The notes beneath the pieces are model-generated. The model saw nothing but the letters and a program-made list of their open reading frames with translations. It had not been told where the DNA came from and made no database searches. This document shows positions 1 through 12,724 of a stretch of DNA of 64,000 nucleotides, piece by piece. Made by a program: the position numbers and the translations under genes. The number at the start of each line of letters is the position of its first letter. Position 1 is the first letter of the stretch. The stretch comes from Thermoanaerobaculia bacterium (lineage in GTDB: Bacteria > Acidobacteriota > Thermoanaerobaculia > Multivoradales > DATKCC01): NCBI GenBank assembly GCA_033762835.1, contig JANRLG010000189.1, positions 12,185-76,184 on the forward strand, read 5' to 3'.

Positions 1-35
1 GAGGCTCGCACCTAGTCGTCATCAGCTTCTCGTTC

Positions 36-656
36 TCACCCCACCCGCGGTTTCGACACCGCGGGGTTCCCTCGGACCACGAAACGTAACGGCCACCGGG
101 CCGCCTCGCCGGCGTAGTCGACCCCGACTCGCGGGGTCGCGGCGACTTGTAGCGCGGGGACGGGGAAGCCGGCGGCGATCACGAGGTCCCCCTGCCACAG
201 GGTGCAGCCGTCGTGGTCGCGCTCGAGGCCAATCGCTTGGGCGAGGCGGCCGGGACCGCTGGCGAGCTCGCCGGGGCGGGCGGGGTGGGGGAGACCCCGG
301 AGGTTCGCCATGGTTTCGGCTCCGGCGAGGGCTTCCCCGGCGCGCAGTAACACGGCGCTGCCGTCTTCCGCCGTGCCAGTGACGGCGTTCAGGCATAGGT
401 ACATGCCATAGATCAGGTAGACGTAGGCGTGGCCGCCGTCGCGAAAGAGCCGTCGGCTGCGCGGCGTGACCGGGCCGCGCCAAGCGTGACTCGCGCGGTC
501 TCCCTGCCCCTGGTAGGCCTCGGTCTCGACGATGCTCAACTCGAGCCGGGTGCCGTCGGCCAGGATGCGCACGAGGTGGCGCCCGAGCAGGTCGCGGGCC
601 ACTTCCGCTGCCGGTCGGCGATAAAACTCGGGTGGCAAGGGGAGCTTCGTCGTCAT
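36..656 (-). CDS. mpg: DNA-3-methyladenine glycosylase (MPG/AAG family)
   Basis: Motifs VARDLLG, IVETEAY, GHAYVYLIYGMYLCLN, AVLLRAGE, SGPGRL, TPRVGV; start taken at MTTKLPL (CAT 654-656). Confidence 0.9.
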   Translation of the reverse strand: MTTKLPLPPEFYRRPAAEVARDLLGRHLVRILADGTRLELSIVETEAYQGQGDRASHAWRGPVTPRSRRLFRDGGHAYVYLIYGMYLCLNAVTGTAEDGSAVLLRAGEALAGAETMANLRGLPHPARPGELASGPGRLAQAIGLERDHDGCTLWQGDLVIAAGFPVPALQVAATPRVGVDYAGEAARWPLRFVVRGNPAVSKPRVG

Positions 657-693
657 GATGAAGGAACGCGAGGCGGAGCCTATAATGCCGCCG

Positions 694-1389
694 ATGCCCA
701 CTAGCCCGTCGCGATTTCCGCAGCTCTTCGCCGAGCTGCCGGAGCCCTTTGCCGCCGCCTTCGACCCCGAGAACCCCTGGTGGCTCCTCGGTGAGCCGTT
801 GGACGGCGTTCTCGCCGCTTTACCCGAGCGCCGGATCGATGGCGAGCTAGCGCCCGGAGTCCATCTGCTCGGTTCGCGGATCTTCGTCGCCGCGGGGGCC
901 AAGATCGGCCCGGGAAGCGTGATCGAAGGGCCGATCTGGATCGGCCCCGGGGTCGACATCCGGCCCGGAGCTTACCTGCGTGGCGGCGTGTGGCTCGGCG
1001 CCGGAGCCATCGTGGGCGCGTCTACGGAGGTCAAGCGCGCCATTTTCCTTCCCGGCGCCCGGGCTCCTCATCTCAACTACGTGGGCGACTCGATCCTCGG
1101 CTCGGGGGTCAACCTCGGGGCCGGCACGATCCTGTCGAACTTCCGCCACGACGGCGGCGAGATTCGGGTGCCGACCCCGAACGGCCCCATCGCCACCGGC
1201 CGGCGCAAGCTCGGGGCCATTCTCGGGGACGGGGTGATGACCGGCTGCAACTCCGTTTGCCACCCCGGCGCGATCGTCGGCCGTGGCACGCAGCTCTACC
1301 CCGGAGTCCAACTGCGCGCCGGGATCTATCCGTCAGATTCGATCGTCAAGTTGAAGCAGGAGATCGAGGTAGTGGCGAAGCGGGACTGA
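694..1389 (+). CDS. Hexapeptide-repeat (left-handed beta-helix) transferase, similar to the GlmU C-terminal domain
   Basis: HLNYVGDSILGSGVNLGAGTILSN and GRRKLGAILGDGV; ATG 694 follows TATAAT 681-686 (alternative starts 655, 685). Confidence 0.8.
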   Translation: MPTSPSRFPQLFAELPEPFAAAFDPENPWWLLGEPLDGVLAALPERRIDGELAPGVHLLGSRIFVAAGAKIGPGSVIEGPIWIGPGVDIRPGAYLRGGVWLGAGAIVGASTEVKRAIFLPGARAPHLNYVGDSILGSGVNLGAGTILSNFRHDGGEIRVPTPNGPIATGRRKLGAILGDGVMTGCNSVCHPGAIVGRGTQLYPGVQLRAGIYPSDSIVKLKQEIEVVAKRD

Positions 1390-1404
1390 GTCCAGCTCGC
1401 CGAG

Positions 1405-2022
1405 TCAGCTCCGCAACACCCAAGGCTCCGGCCGCTTCGGCCGGTTCATGAAGGCCTCGAGCTCCGCGCGGAGGTTCCTGTCCGCGGCGAAACCGCGCTC
1501 CTCAATGAGAGCGAGCGCCTCGAAGGCGAGCTTCAGTTCGCCGACGTCGGCCGCATTCACCAAGTGATCGAGGTCGCCGAGGTCTTGAAGCCGATTGGCA
1601 AGAAGTTTGAGGGCGATGAGGTGGCCAGTCCGAGCGACGGGAAGCGGTCGATCGGCGAGCACCGGCATAGGTTGAGCAGCCTCAACGACCTCTTTTTCAA
1701 TACCAGCCAGCGAGAAGATGAGATCGATACAAGGCTGATCCCGTGCCAAAGTGCGTACCAATCGAACCAACGCCAAGCCACTACCATCTCGGCGTTCGAA
1801 GATCGCACCGTCCGGGCGGTCCATCCAGCCGTCTTCGTGGAAGCTCAGGACCAACTCCATGGCCTGCTTCTGGCTCGTGACGCCGAGAGCAAGATCGACA
1901 TCGCGAGTGGTTCGGGCCACGGAGCGCAGGCCAACGGCCATTCCGCCGACCAGGGCGAACGGTTGTTTCCTCTCGCGCAACAGTCGCTCCGCTTGGAAGA
2001 GGAGCACATGGAGGTCATTCAT
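1405..2022 (-). CDS. Nucleotidyltransferase-fold protein (AbiEii/DUF6036-like putative toxin)
   Basis: ALVGGMAV..RTTRDVDL motif and C-terminal LIALKLLA.R.QD.D. Confidence 0.75.
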   Translation of the reverse strand: MNDLHVLLFQAERLLRERKQPFALVGGMAVGLRSVARTTRDVDLALGVTSQKQAMELVLSFHEDGWMDRPDGAIFERRDGSGLALVRLVRTLARDQPCIDLIFSLAGIEKEVVEAAQPMPVLADRPLPVARTGHLIALKLLANRLQDLGDLDHLVNAADVGELKLAFEALALIEERGFAADRNLRAELEAFMNRPKRPEPWVLRS

Positions 2023-2219
2023 TTCGAGGGCCGCAGCACTACGGAGGGCGGAACCTGAGTGTTGTCCGCATCCTGGAGCCAGCGCCGAAAGAGCTCCGCG
2101 ACCTCTTCTTCGGTAGCGTTGGGGTTGCGGTGGCGAAGTCCCGTCCGCATGGTCTCGACAGCGAAGTCGTAGAGATCCAGAATCGCTTCGAACCGGGCTT
2201 TGGCATCGGGCGGACTCAT
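2019..2219 (-). CDS. Small partner protein of the nucleotidyltransferase (putative antitoxin)
   Basis: 66 aa, GLRHRNPNATEEEV; ATGA overlap with the downstream gene; TAGAAT upstream. Confidence 0.65.
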   Translation of the reverse strand: MSPPDAKARFEAILDLYDFAVETMRTGLRHRNPNATEEEVAELFRRWLQDADNTQVPPSVVLRPSK

Positions 2220-2238
2220 GACGAAGCCATTCTACCTC

Positions 2239-3468
2239 TCAGCCCTCCGGGTATCGCACGACCACCAGGGTGCGATCGTCGGTGGCGGGGCGGTAGCCGC
2301 TGAAGCGGCCGAGGTCGTGGAAGACCGCGTCGACGATGCGCTCGGCACTCTCGTGGCGGTGTTTCCGGGCCACGGCGAGCATGCGCTCGGCGCCATATTC
2401 CTCCCAGCCCTCGCCGACCTTGCCCCGGGTCTCCGAGATGCCGTCAGTGTAGAGCAGGAGCAGATCCCCGGCCTTCATCTTGACGAATCCGCGTTCGTAG
2501 GTGGCATCTGCCACCGGGCCGAGCACGGCGCCACCTTCTTCGAGCGGAGTGACCGTGCCGTCGGCCGACAAGTGGTAAGGCGGCGGATGGCCGGCGTTGA
2601 CGTAGATGAACACCCCGGCGCGTTCCAACTCGCCGTAGAACATCGAGACGAAACGGCTGGTCAACGTCGACCGGTGGATGATCTGGTTCATGCGCTCGAC
2701 CGTGCGCACGATCTTGAAGTCCCGAGCCAAGCCCATGTGCAGGCCCATGTAAATGTCCCGCGTCTGGAGCGCCGCCGGCAGCCCGTGACCGGAGGAATCC
2801 GCGATGGCCAAGCCGAGAATCTTGTCGGTCAGGGGGATGAAGTCGTAGAAGTCGCCGCCGACGCTCTCCATCGCCACGCTGCGGCCCCAAACGTCGAAGT
2901 GGCCGAACTGCGGTGCGCGCAGCGGCAGGAGCGACGCCTGGATTTTGCGCGCTTCGGCGAAGATGGTTTCGATCCGCTCGTGGCGCACTCGCTGGTTGAT
3001 GGCATGGCGCAGGATGCCGAGCGAGAACTGAATGTCCTCGCGGTCGTGTCCCGGCGCAACGTTGAAGGCGATCAGGTACTCGCCGTCGGCAACTTCGATG
3101 GCGGCGAATTGGTCGACGCCGAGCTTGGCCTCGAAGCGGCGGTCGAACCGCGGGTCCGACTCGTCCATGTAGACGACGCCGCGCTCGAGCACGATCTGGA
3201 CCGGCTCGTAGGTTCGGCTGACGCGGGTGCCGACGGCCTTCGCGGGCACGTCGCCGAAGACCGCCTCGAGGACGTAGGAGCGGCCTTGCTTGTGGTAGAG
3301 CCGGCCGGCGTACAGGCCGAGCGGCTCGTGGAAGCGCTGAATGATCAACGAGGCGACCGTCTGGATAGTGTCGCCGACCGTCTCGGTGTGTTCGATCGCA
3401 GCGACAGCCTGCTCGACCTCGCTCATCAGCTCCCGATAGTTGATCGGGGTCTGTTCCGACGTCTTCAA
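2239..3468 (-). CDS. PP2C-family Ser/Thr phosphatase (SpoIIE/RsbU-like) with N-terminal sensor domain
   Basis: VGGDFYD, AIADSSGHG, YVNAGHPP, LYTDGISE, DDRT; TTG start at 3468 after AGGAG. Confidence 0.88.
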   Translation of the reverse strand: MKTSEQTPINYRELMSEVEQAVAAIEHTETVGDTIQTVASLIIQRFHEPLGLYAGRLYHKQGRSYVLEAVFGDVPAKAVGTRVSRTYEPVQIVLERGVVYMDESDPRFDRRFEAKLGVDQFAAIEVADGEYLIAFNVAPGHDREDIQFSLGILRHAINQRVRHERIETIFAEARKIQASLLPLRAPQFGHFDVWGRSVAMESVGGDFYDFIPLTDKILGLAIADSSGHGLPAALQTRDIYMGLHMGLARDFKIVRTVERMNQIIHRSTLTSRFVSMFYGELERAGVFIYVNAGHPPPYHLSADGTVTPLEEGGAVLGPVADATYERGFVKMKAGDLLLLYTDGISETRGKVGEGWEEYGAERMLAVARKHRHESAERIVDAVFHDLGRFSGYRPATDDRTLVVVRYPEG

Positions 3469-3488
3469 CGCAGCACTCCTCTCGCCGT

Positions 3489-5030
3489 TCAGCCGGGGTC
3501 GATCAGCGCGCGGACGATCTGGTCCTGGGCCCGGCGGGCAGCATCGGTGCTGCGCGCCTGATTGCAGAGAATCGAGAAGGCGTAGACCTTGCCCGAGGTG
3601 GCGCGGGCGTAGCCCGACAACGTCGACACACCGTTCAAGGTGCCGGTCTTGGCGAAAACGTTCCCGCGGTACTTGCCGTCGGCGAGGCGTCGCCGCCAAC
3701 TGAGCTCGGGCTCGCCGCTGTAAGGCAACGTGCCGATGAACTCGCTGCCCCAGCGGTGGTGGTACATGGCCTGGAGTACGCGGACCATCTGGGTGGGGGT
3801 GAAGCGGTTGTTGCGGCTCATGCCCGAGCCGTCGGACATCTCGTAGCTGCCGGGGGCCAGGCCGACACCTTCGAGGAACTGGCTGACCACCTCGAGCCCG
3901 CCGTCCCACGTGCCGCGCGCGCACAGTTCGGCCCCGAGCGTCTTCAGCAGGCTCTCGGCGTAGAAGTTCTGGCTGTACTTGTTGATGACTTCGACGGTCG
4001 TCAGCAGATCGCTGCGGTGCACGGCGAAACGCTGCCAGGGAGTCGCCTCGCTGATCTCGCCGGGCAGCCGGCGTACGGGAACCAACGACCCACGGATGAC
4101 GATCCCTTCGTCCGCCAAAGCACTGCGCAGGGCGGCGCCGAAGTAGGACACCGGGTCCGGCACGGTGATCCAGAAATCCGCGGGGCCCGATCCGCTCCAG
4201 ATCTGCCCGCGGGTTTCGATCTCCCAGCTGTCGGGTTCGCGGGTGATGATCAGTTGTTGGCGCTTCGACGACGGCGTGACACTCGCGAAGTTCCGTAGCC
4301 CCGGCAACTCGATCCGCGGCAGGAAATCCACTCGCGCCCGGCCCGTGCGCGAAGGCCAGACGCGAACTTGCAGGCAGTTGTCGTTGAAGGATAAGGCCGC
4401 CACCGGGGCCTCGTACCAACGCACGAGCTGATCCCGCGGCCAATCGGGATGAATGGTTTCGTCCTCGAAGAAGCCGTGGACGAGGTAGAGGTCGCCCTCG
4501 ACGACCGTGATGCCGCGGTTCTTGAGCTCCGCGGCCCAGGTGCGGAAAACGGCGAAAGGGTCTCCGGACTGGCGCTCCGAGATGTTCGGGTCACCGCCGC
4601 CGATGACCGCGAGGTCGCCGCGCAACGTGTCGCCTTCGAGGGCGCCACGGCCGAACAGCCAGGTTTCGAAGAAGTACTCCGGTCCCAAGCGATCGAGCGC
4701 CGCCGCGGTGGTCAGGATCTTGGTGTTCGAAGCGAGGATGCGCGGCGTGGCGGGGTTGAACTCGAACACCGCGGATCCGTCCGTCAGATCCATGACCGAA
4801 ACCCCGAGCTCCGGCGCCACCCGCGCCGCGAGCCGCACCTGCGCCCCGATCGCCGCCTCGAGGGGCGTCGAGGCCGGTGGCAGCGAGATCGTGGGCGCCG
4901 CGCTGCGAGCCGGCGCCCTCTTCTTGGTCGTGGCGGCAGGCGTGCTCGGCGCCGTCAGGAGGGCGGCGAACAGGAGCGAAACGGAGGCGAGAACGGCGGT
5001 ACGGTGGGCAGGCTTGGACAAACTCGTCAT
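3489..5030 (-). CDS. dacB: D-alanyl-D-alanine carboxypeptidase/endopeptidase (PBP4, peptidase S13)
   Basis: Signal peptide; ASNTK (SxxK), SQN (SxN) and KTG motifs; DGSGMSR. Confidence 0.92.
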   Translation of the reverse strand: MTSLSKPAHRTAVLASVSLLFAALLTAPSTPAATTKKRAPARSAAPTISLPPASTPLEAAIGAQVRLAARVAPELGVSVMDLTDGSAVFEFNPATPRILASNTKILTTAAALDRLGPEYFFETWLFGRGALEGDTLRGDLAVIGGGDPNISERQSGDPFAVFRTWAAELKNRGITVVEGDLYLVHGFFEDETIHPDWPRDQLVRWYEAPVAALSFNDNCLQVRVWPSRTGRARVDFLPRIELPGLRNFASVTPSSKRQQLIITREPDSWEIETRGQIWSGSGPADFWITVPDPVSYFGAALRSALADEGIVIRGSLVPVRRLPGEISEATPWQRFAVHRSDLLTTVEVINKYSQNFYAESLLKTLGAELCARGTWDGGLEVVSQFLEGVGLAPGSYEMSDGSGMSRNNRFTPTQMVRVLQAMYHHRWGSEFIGTLPYSGEPELSWRRRLADGKYRGNVFAKTGTLNGVSTLSGYARATSGKVYAFSILCNQARSTDAARRAQDQIVRALIDPG

Positions 5031-5095
5031 CGGGGCGGGAGTTTACACCGGGGCCGGGGAGCTCACGGCCGGTGGGAAGCCGGCCGTGGGGGCAG

Positions 5096-6304
5096 TTACA
5101 ACAAAATCCCCGCGATTGCCGCGGTCTGGAAGCAGGCCAGCGAGCCCGCGATCATGGCGCGGAGCCCCAGGCGCGCCAAGTCTCCCTTGCGCTCCGGGGC
5201 CATGCCACCGATGCCGCCGATCTGAATGGCGATCGAGGAGAAGTTCGAGAAACCGCACAGGGCGTAGGTGGCAATGTACTGGGAGCGCTCCGAAAGGCCG
5301 GCGCCGGCCATTTCCTGGAGCTTCAGGTAACCCACGAACTCGTTGGCCGCCGTTTTGATGCCGATCAGCGTTCCGACCTGGCTCGCTTCGGACCACGGCA
5401 CGCCCATCAACCACGCGAGCGGGCTGCACAGCCAACCGAGGAAGGCCTCCAGCGACCAGCCGGAGTAACCCAGCAGGCCACCACCCCAGCCAACGATCCA
5501 GTTGATGGCGGCGATCATGGCGACGAACGCGATCAGCATGCCGCCGACGTTCAGGGCCAACTGCACGCCGGAGGCGGCACCCTCGGCCGCGGCGTCGACG
5601 GCGTTGACGTAGGGCGTTTCGACGTTGACCTTGACCTCGCCCGCGGTGACGCTGTCTTCCGTTTCGGGCAACATCAGCTTGGCCATCACCAGGGCAGCCG
5701 GCGCGGACATCACCGACGCGGCCAGCAGGTGCCCCGCGGAAACGCCCATGCCGACGTAAGCGGCCATCACGCCGCCCGCAATGGTGGCGAAGCCGCCGGT
5801 CATCACGGCCATCAACTCGGACTGCGTCATGGTGGGTACGTAAGGGCGGATCAGGATCGGCGCTTCCGTCTGGCCGACGAAGATGTTGGCCGAGGCCGAA
5901 AGCGACTCGGCTCCGGACGTGCCCATGAGCCGCATCATGATCCAGGCGAAAAACTTGACGATCCGTTGTAGAAGGCCGACGTGGTAGGCCAGGGCGATCA
6001 CCGACGAGAAGAAGATGATCGTCGACAGCACCTTGAAGGCGAAGAAGTGCTCGGCAAAACCGTCGCCGAACAGGAATTTCGCCCCGGCATCCGAAAACGC
6101 CAAGAAACCCGAGACGATGTCGCCGGTCTTCTCGAACACGGCCCGCCCCCAGGGCGTCTTGAGGATCAGCAGAGCGAACACGAACTGGATGATCGTGCCC
6201 ATCAGCACGGGCTTCCAACGGATCGCCTTGCGGTTCGTCGACATTGCCCACGCGGTGCCGATCATGACGAGGAGCCCCACGCCAGCCACGAGCTTTTCTT
6301 GCAC
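5096..6304 (-). CDS. nupC: Concentrative nucleoside transporter (NupC/CNT family)
   Basis: NIFVGQTEAP, GGFATIAGG, NEFVGY, LCGFSNFSSIAIQIGG. Confidence 0.92.
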   Translation of the reverse strand: MQEKLVAGVGLLVMIGTAWAMSTNRKAIRWKPVLMGTIIQFVFALLILKTPWGRAVFEKTGDIVSGFLAFSDAGAKFLFGDGFAEHFFAFKVLSTIIFFSSVIALAYHVGLLQRIVKFFAWIMMRLMGTSGAESLSASANIFVGQTEAPILIRPYVPTMTQSELMAVMTGGFATIAGGVMAAYVGMGVSAGHLLAASVMSAPAALVMAKLMLPETEDSVTAGEVKVNVETPYVNAVDAAAEGAASGVQLALNVGGMLIAFVAMIAAINWIVGWGGGLLGYSGWSLEAFLGWLCSPLAWLMGVPWSEASQVGTLIGIKTAANEFVGYLKLQEMAGAGLSERSQYIATYALCGFSNFSSIAIQIGGIGGMAPERKGDLARLGLRAMIAGSLACFQTAAIAGILL

Positions 6305-6429
6305 GACTCGTCCTCCCGAGATCTCGGAACGTGCCTTGTAACGACCTGAAGTCGGGCGAGAGCGTAGCGGATGGACCGGGGGAGGGCAAGGTTAGACAAG
6401 TACGCCGGTCCCGATTCCCCGGTGCCTGG

Positions 6430-6459
6430 TTGACCCCCTCCCGACCGGTTTGGTACTCT
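6430..6459 (+). promoter_or_regulatory. Sigma70-type promoter of the atp operon
   Basis: TTGACC(6430-6435)-18 nt-TACTCT(6454-6459) with extended TG. Confidence 0.6.
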
Positions 6460-6536
6460 CCGCCCGGCTCCGGGCGCCGCCGGCTTCGGTCGGGGGTGCC
6501 CATCACCCGGTTCCAGCTTCCAACGCGAGACACTTC

Positions 6537-6962
6537 ATGAAGTTCGACGCCAGTCTGCTGGTGATCATGGGAATCTTCTGGATCCTCTACTGGGTCTTGA
6601 GGATCAACGTATTCAAACCCCTTCTGGCGATCCTCGAGGAACGCCGGACGACCATCGATTCCGCCCGTACTGCCCACGAGACCGCGCTGGCCGAGGCGAG
6701 CGCCAAGATCGACGCCGAACGGGCTCGGTTGACTGCGGCTCGGGTCGCGGCTTCTGCGACTCGCGACCGCCTGCGCAAGGACGGCGAAGCCGAACGCTCG
6801 CGCGTGCTCGCCGAGACCAAGGCCCAGACCGAGGCCGAGGTCGGGCGTGCCCAGGCCGAGCTCGAGGCCACCGTCGGTCGCGAGCGCAGTGAGCTTGAAG
6901 GCCGCGCCAAGATGCTGGCGGACCGCATGGTCGAGAAGCTACTACTCAAGGAGACCGCGTGA
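6537..6962 (+). CDS. atpF: ATP synthase F0 subunit b'
   Basis: N-terminal TM, FKPLLAILEER, coiled-coil; first gene of the operon. Confidence 0.85.
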   Translation: MKFDASLLVIMGIFWILYWVLRINVFKPLLAILEERRTTIDSARTAHETALAEASAKIDAERARLTAARVAASATRDRLRKDGEAERSRVLAETKAQTEAEVGRAQAELEATVGRERSELEGRAKMLADRMVEKLLLKETA

Positions 6963-7555
6963 AACGCCGCCTCCCCATCCGTCCCCTTTACGCGACTCTC
7001 GCGCTCCTTGCGGCGACTGCCGTCACGATGCCGGCCTTCGCCGCGGGCGCCGATCTCTCCAAGAAATTCATGGGCCTGCCCACGTGGGTGTGGCTGTCCG
7101 TCAATCTCGTGGTCTTCGCGGGCGTACTCGGGTACTTCCTGGTGCCGCCGATCAAGAACTTCTTGAACGAGCGCGCCAAGAAGATCGAGGCGGATTTGGC
7201 CGAGGCGGCGCGCCAGCGGGCGGAAGTCGCCGACATGCAGGCCACCGTGGCCGCCAAGCTCGCCGAACTCGACGCCGAGGTCTCCCGGGTCAGCACCCGG
7301 GCCGAAACCGAGGGCGTTCGCGAGCGGGACGAAATCGTCGCCCAAGCCACCCGCGAACGGGATCGCCTGCTCGCCCAGGCCAAGATCGAGATCGACCACC
7401 GCGTCGGCCAGGCCAAGAAGGAACTCGCCGAGCACACCGCCAAACTGGCGGCCAAGCTCGCCCAGGAGGAGCTCGAGCGCCGCATCGGCCCCGAAGAACG
7501 GCGTGGCCTGTTCGCCACCAACGTCTCTCGGCTCGAAAAGGAGGTGCGGCCGTGA
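6959..7555 (+). CDS. atpF: ATP synthase F0 subunit b
   Basis: TM followed by PIKNFLNERAKKI and coiled-coil; GTGA overlap. Confidence 0.85.
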   Translation: MKRRLPIRPLYATLALLAATAVTMPAFAAGADLSKKFMGLPTWVWLSVNLVVFAGVLGYFLVPPIKNFLNERAKKIEADLAEAARQRAEVADMQATVAAKLAELDAEVSRVSTRAETEGVRERDEIVAQATRERDRLLAQAKIEIDHRVGQAKKELAEHTAKLAAKLAQEELERRIGPEERRGLFATNVSRLEKEVRP

Positions 7556-8094
7556 CCCGTCGCCACGCGCGCCCCTACGCCCAGGCCCTGTGGAACGCCG
7601 CTGGCTCTCTCGAGCGGGCGGTGGAAGTCCGCGCCGAGCTCGGCCGCTTGGTCGAAGCCCTGGTCGCGGTGCCCAAACTCGGCGCCATGTCGGTCAACCC
7701 GGCGGTGCCGATGGCCACCAAGGAACGCATTCTCGCCGCCGTCGGTCAGGAGCTCGGATTGTCGGAGCTCGGCAGCCGGCTGGTCGGCCTACTGGTTCGC
7801 AACTACCGGCTGAATCTGGCGCCGCTCGTCTTCGAGACCTTCGGTGACATGGTCAACCGGCGCCTCGGCGTGGCGGTGGCGGAGGTGGAAACCCCGCAAC
7901 CGCTCGACGCGGCGGAACAGGAACGATTGAAGGCGGCTCTCGGCGCCCTGCTGGGCCACGCCGTCGAGTTGAAGACGACGGTCGAACCGCGGCTGCTCGG
8001 CGGCTTCAAGGCGCGCATCGGCAGCACGATGTACGACGGCAGCGTCAAGGGTCAACTCGATCGGCTCGCCCAGTCCCTCGTCGCTTCGACCTGA
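7552..8094 (+). CDS. atpH: ATP synthase F1 delta subunit
   Basis: ARPYAQAL N-terminus, [19 protein letters not shown]-terminus; GTG start 7552. Confidence 0.9.
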   Translation: MTRRHARPYAQALWNAAGSLERAVEVRAELGRLVEALVAVPKLGAMSVNPAVPMATKERILAAVGQELGLSELGSRLVGLLVRNYRLNLAPLVFETFGDMVNRRLGVAVAEVETPQPLDAAEQERLKAALGALLGHAVELKTTVEPRLLGGFKARIGSTMYDGSVKGQLDRLAQSLVAST

Positions 8095-8189
8095 TTCCAG
8101 GCCGAAAAGACACGGGCAGCCGGTCCGCGACAACGATTACGACTACGGCCCGGGCGGCGGCGCCCCGGCCTTCGAGGAGCGCTCGTCTT

Positions 8190-9722
<1,533 letters not shown>

Positions 9723-9726
9723 CGCG

Positions 9727-10596
9727 ATGGCGAACCTGATCGACATTCGCCGGCGGATCCGCTCGGTCAAAAACACCCAGCAGATCACCAAGGCGATGAA
9801 GATGGTGGCGGCGGCGAAGCTGCGCCGCAGCCAGGAGCGGATTCTCTCGACCCGCCCCTATGCCCTGGAGTTGGGCAAAGTGGTGGCGCGCCTGGCCGAT
9901 CGCCAGAGCGAGGAGAGCCATCCGCTGCTCCAGCAGCGAGAAGAGAAGCGCGTGCTCCTGGTCGTCGTCACCGGCGACCGCGGCCTCGCGGGTTCCTTCA
10001 ACGCCACCGTCATTCGTCGCACGTCCGAGGTGCTGAAGCGTTACCCCGAGGCGGAACTGCTGCTGCTCGGCAAGAAGGGCGCGGACTTCTTCGCCCGCCG
10101 GCCGGTCAAGATCCGCAACGCTTACCGGTCGCTGTTTTCGAACGTCGCTTACGAAGACGCTCGGACGATCGCCCAGGACATCGCCAAGGCTTACACGAGC
10201 GGCGAGTACGACGCCGTGTACCTGATCTACAACGAGTTCAAGTCGATCCTCCAGCAGAAGTTGTCCGAGGAACGCCTGCTGCCGATCTCCGCCCCCGAGG
10301 TGCCTGCCGGTAGCGTGGCGGGCGCGGCGAGCGAAGCCGAGTACCTCTTCGAGCCCGCGGCCGGCATGATCCTGGCCGACCTGCTGCCCCGCTTCCTCGC
10401 CTTTCAGGTCTACCGCGCGCTGCTCGAGTCGCAAGCCTCCGAACACGCCGCGCGCATGAACGCCATGAGCTCCGCGACCAAGAATGCGGGCGAGATGATC
10501 TCCGGCCTCACCTTGACGTACAACCGAGCCCGTCAGGCCCAGATCACCACCCAGCTCATCGAGGTCGTCTCCGGCGCCAACGCCCTCGAGGGCTGA
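9727..10596 (+). CDS. atpG: ATP synthase F1 gamma subunit
   Basis: ITKAMKMVAAAKL, DRGLAGSFN, YNRARQAQIT. Confidence 0.97.
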   Translation: MANLIDIRRRIRSVKNTQQITKAMKMVAAAKLRRSQERILSTRPYALELGKVVARLADRQSEESHPLLQQREEKRVLLVVVTGDRGLAGSFNATVIRRTSEVLKRYPEAELLLLGKKGADFFARRPVKIRNAYRSLFSNVAYEDARTIAQDIAKAYTSGEYDAVYLIYNEFKSILQQKLSEERLLPISAPEVPAGSVAGAASEAEYLFEPAAGMILADLLPRFLAFQVYRALLESQASEHAARMNAMSSATKNAGEMISGLTLTYNRARQAQITTQLIEVVSGANALEG

Positions 10597-10606
10597 CGCC
10601 GCCTAG

Positions 10607-12169
<1,563 letters not shown>

Positions 12170-12189
12170 CGACGGAAAGAAGGAACACC

Positions 12190-12618
12190 GTGGCCGACGC
12201 CAAACTCTCCACCCCCGGGGGCAAACTGCGCTTCGTGCTGGTGACGCACGACCGCAAGCTGCTCGACGAGACCTGTGACGAGGTGCAGTTGCCGGGTCGC
12301 CTGGGCGCGATCGGCATTCTGCCCTCCCACGCTCCGATGATCGCCACGCTCGGTACCGGCGAAACCATCCTCAAGTCCGGAGGCAAGGAACGGTCGGTGA
12401 TGACCGCGGACGGCCTCGTGCAGGTCGCCGACGACGTCGTCACCGTCCTCACCGACGCCGCCTGGCTGCCCGAGGAAATCGACGTCGCCGCTGCCGAAAA
12501 AGCCGCGCGCGAAGCCGAGCAGGACCTCGGTTACGCCGACCCCGAGTGGAAACTTGCCCGCACGCGCCTGGAGAAGGCCCAGATCCAGGTGCAGGTGGGC
12601 AAGAAGGCCAAAGGCTAG
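12190..12618 (+). CDS. atpC: ATP synthase F1 epsilon subunit
   Basis: LPG..G.IGILPSHAPMI; last gene of the operon. Confidence 0.92.
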   Translation: MADAKLSTPGGKLRFVLVTHDRKLLDETCDEVQLPGRLGAIGILPSHAPMIATLGTGETILKSGGKERSVMTADGLVQVADDVVTVLTDAAWLPEEIDVAAAEKAAREAEQDLGYADPEWKLARTRLEKAQIQVQVGKKAKG

Positions 12619-12635
12619 CCGAATTCGCCTCGTGC

Positions 12636-12672
12636 CTCGGGGGCGCACTGCCGCCCCCGAGTCCCCCTTTTC
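12636..12672 (+). terminator. Probable intrinsic terminator of the atp operon
   Basis: 10-bp stem CTCGGGGGCG/CGCCCCCGAG followed by a pyrimidine/T run. Confidence 0.6.
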
Positions 12673-12724
12673 TCCTCCGCACGCACTTCGCTCGCAGGTC
12701 CCCCCTGTTGGCGGAGGTGTTCTC

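Noticed and set aside
2239-4443. N-terminally extended ORF calls (734-aa PP2C, 1196-aa VWA, 716-aa IscS, 660-aa GGT and similar)
   Set aside because: Extensions overlap neighbouring genes and are Arg/Pro-rich off-frame translation; starts were trimmed using SD, -10 and family N-termini
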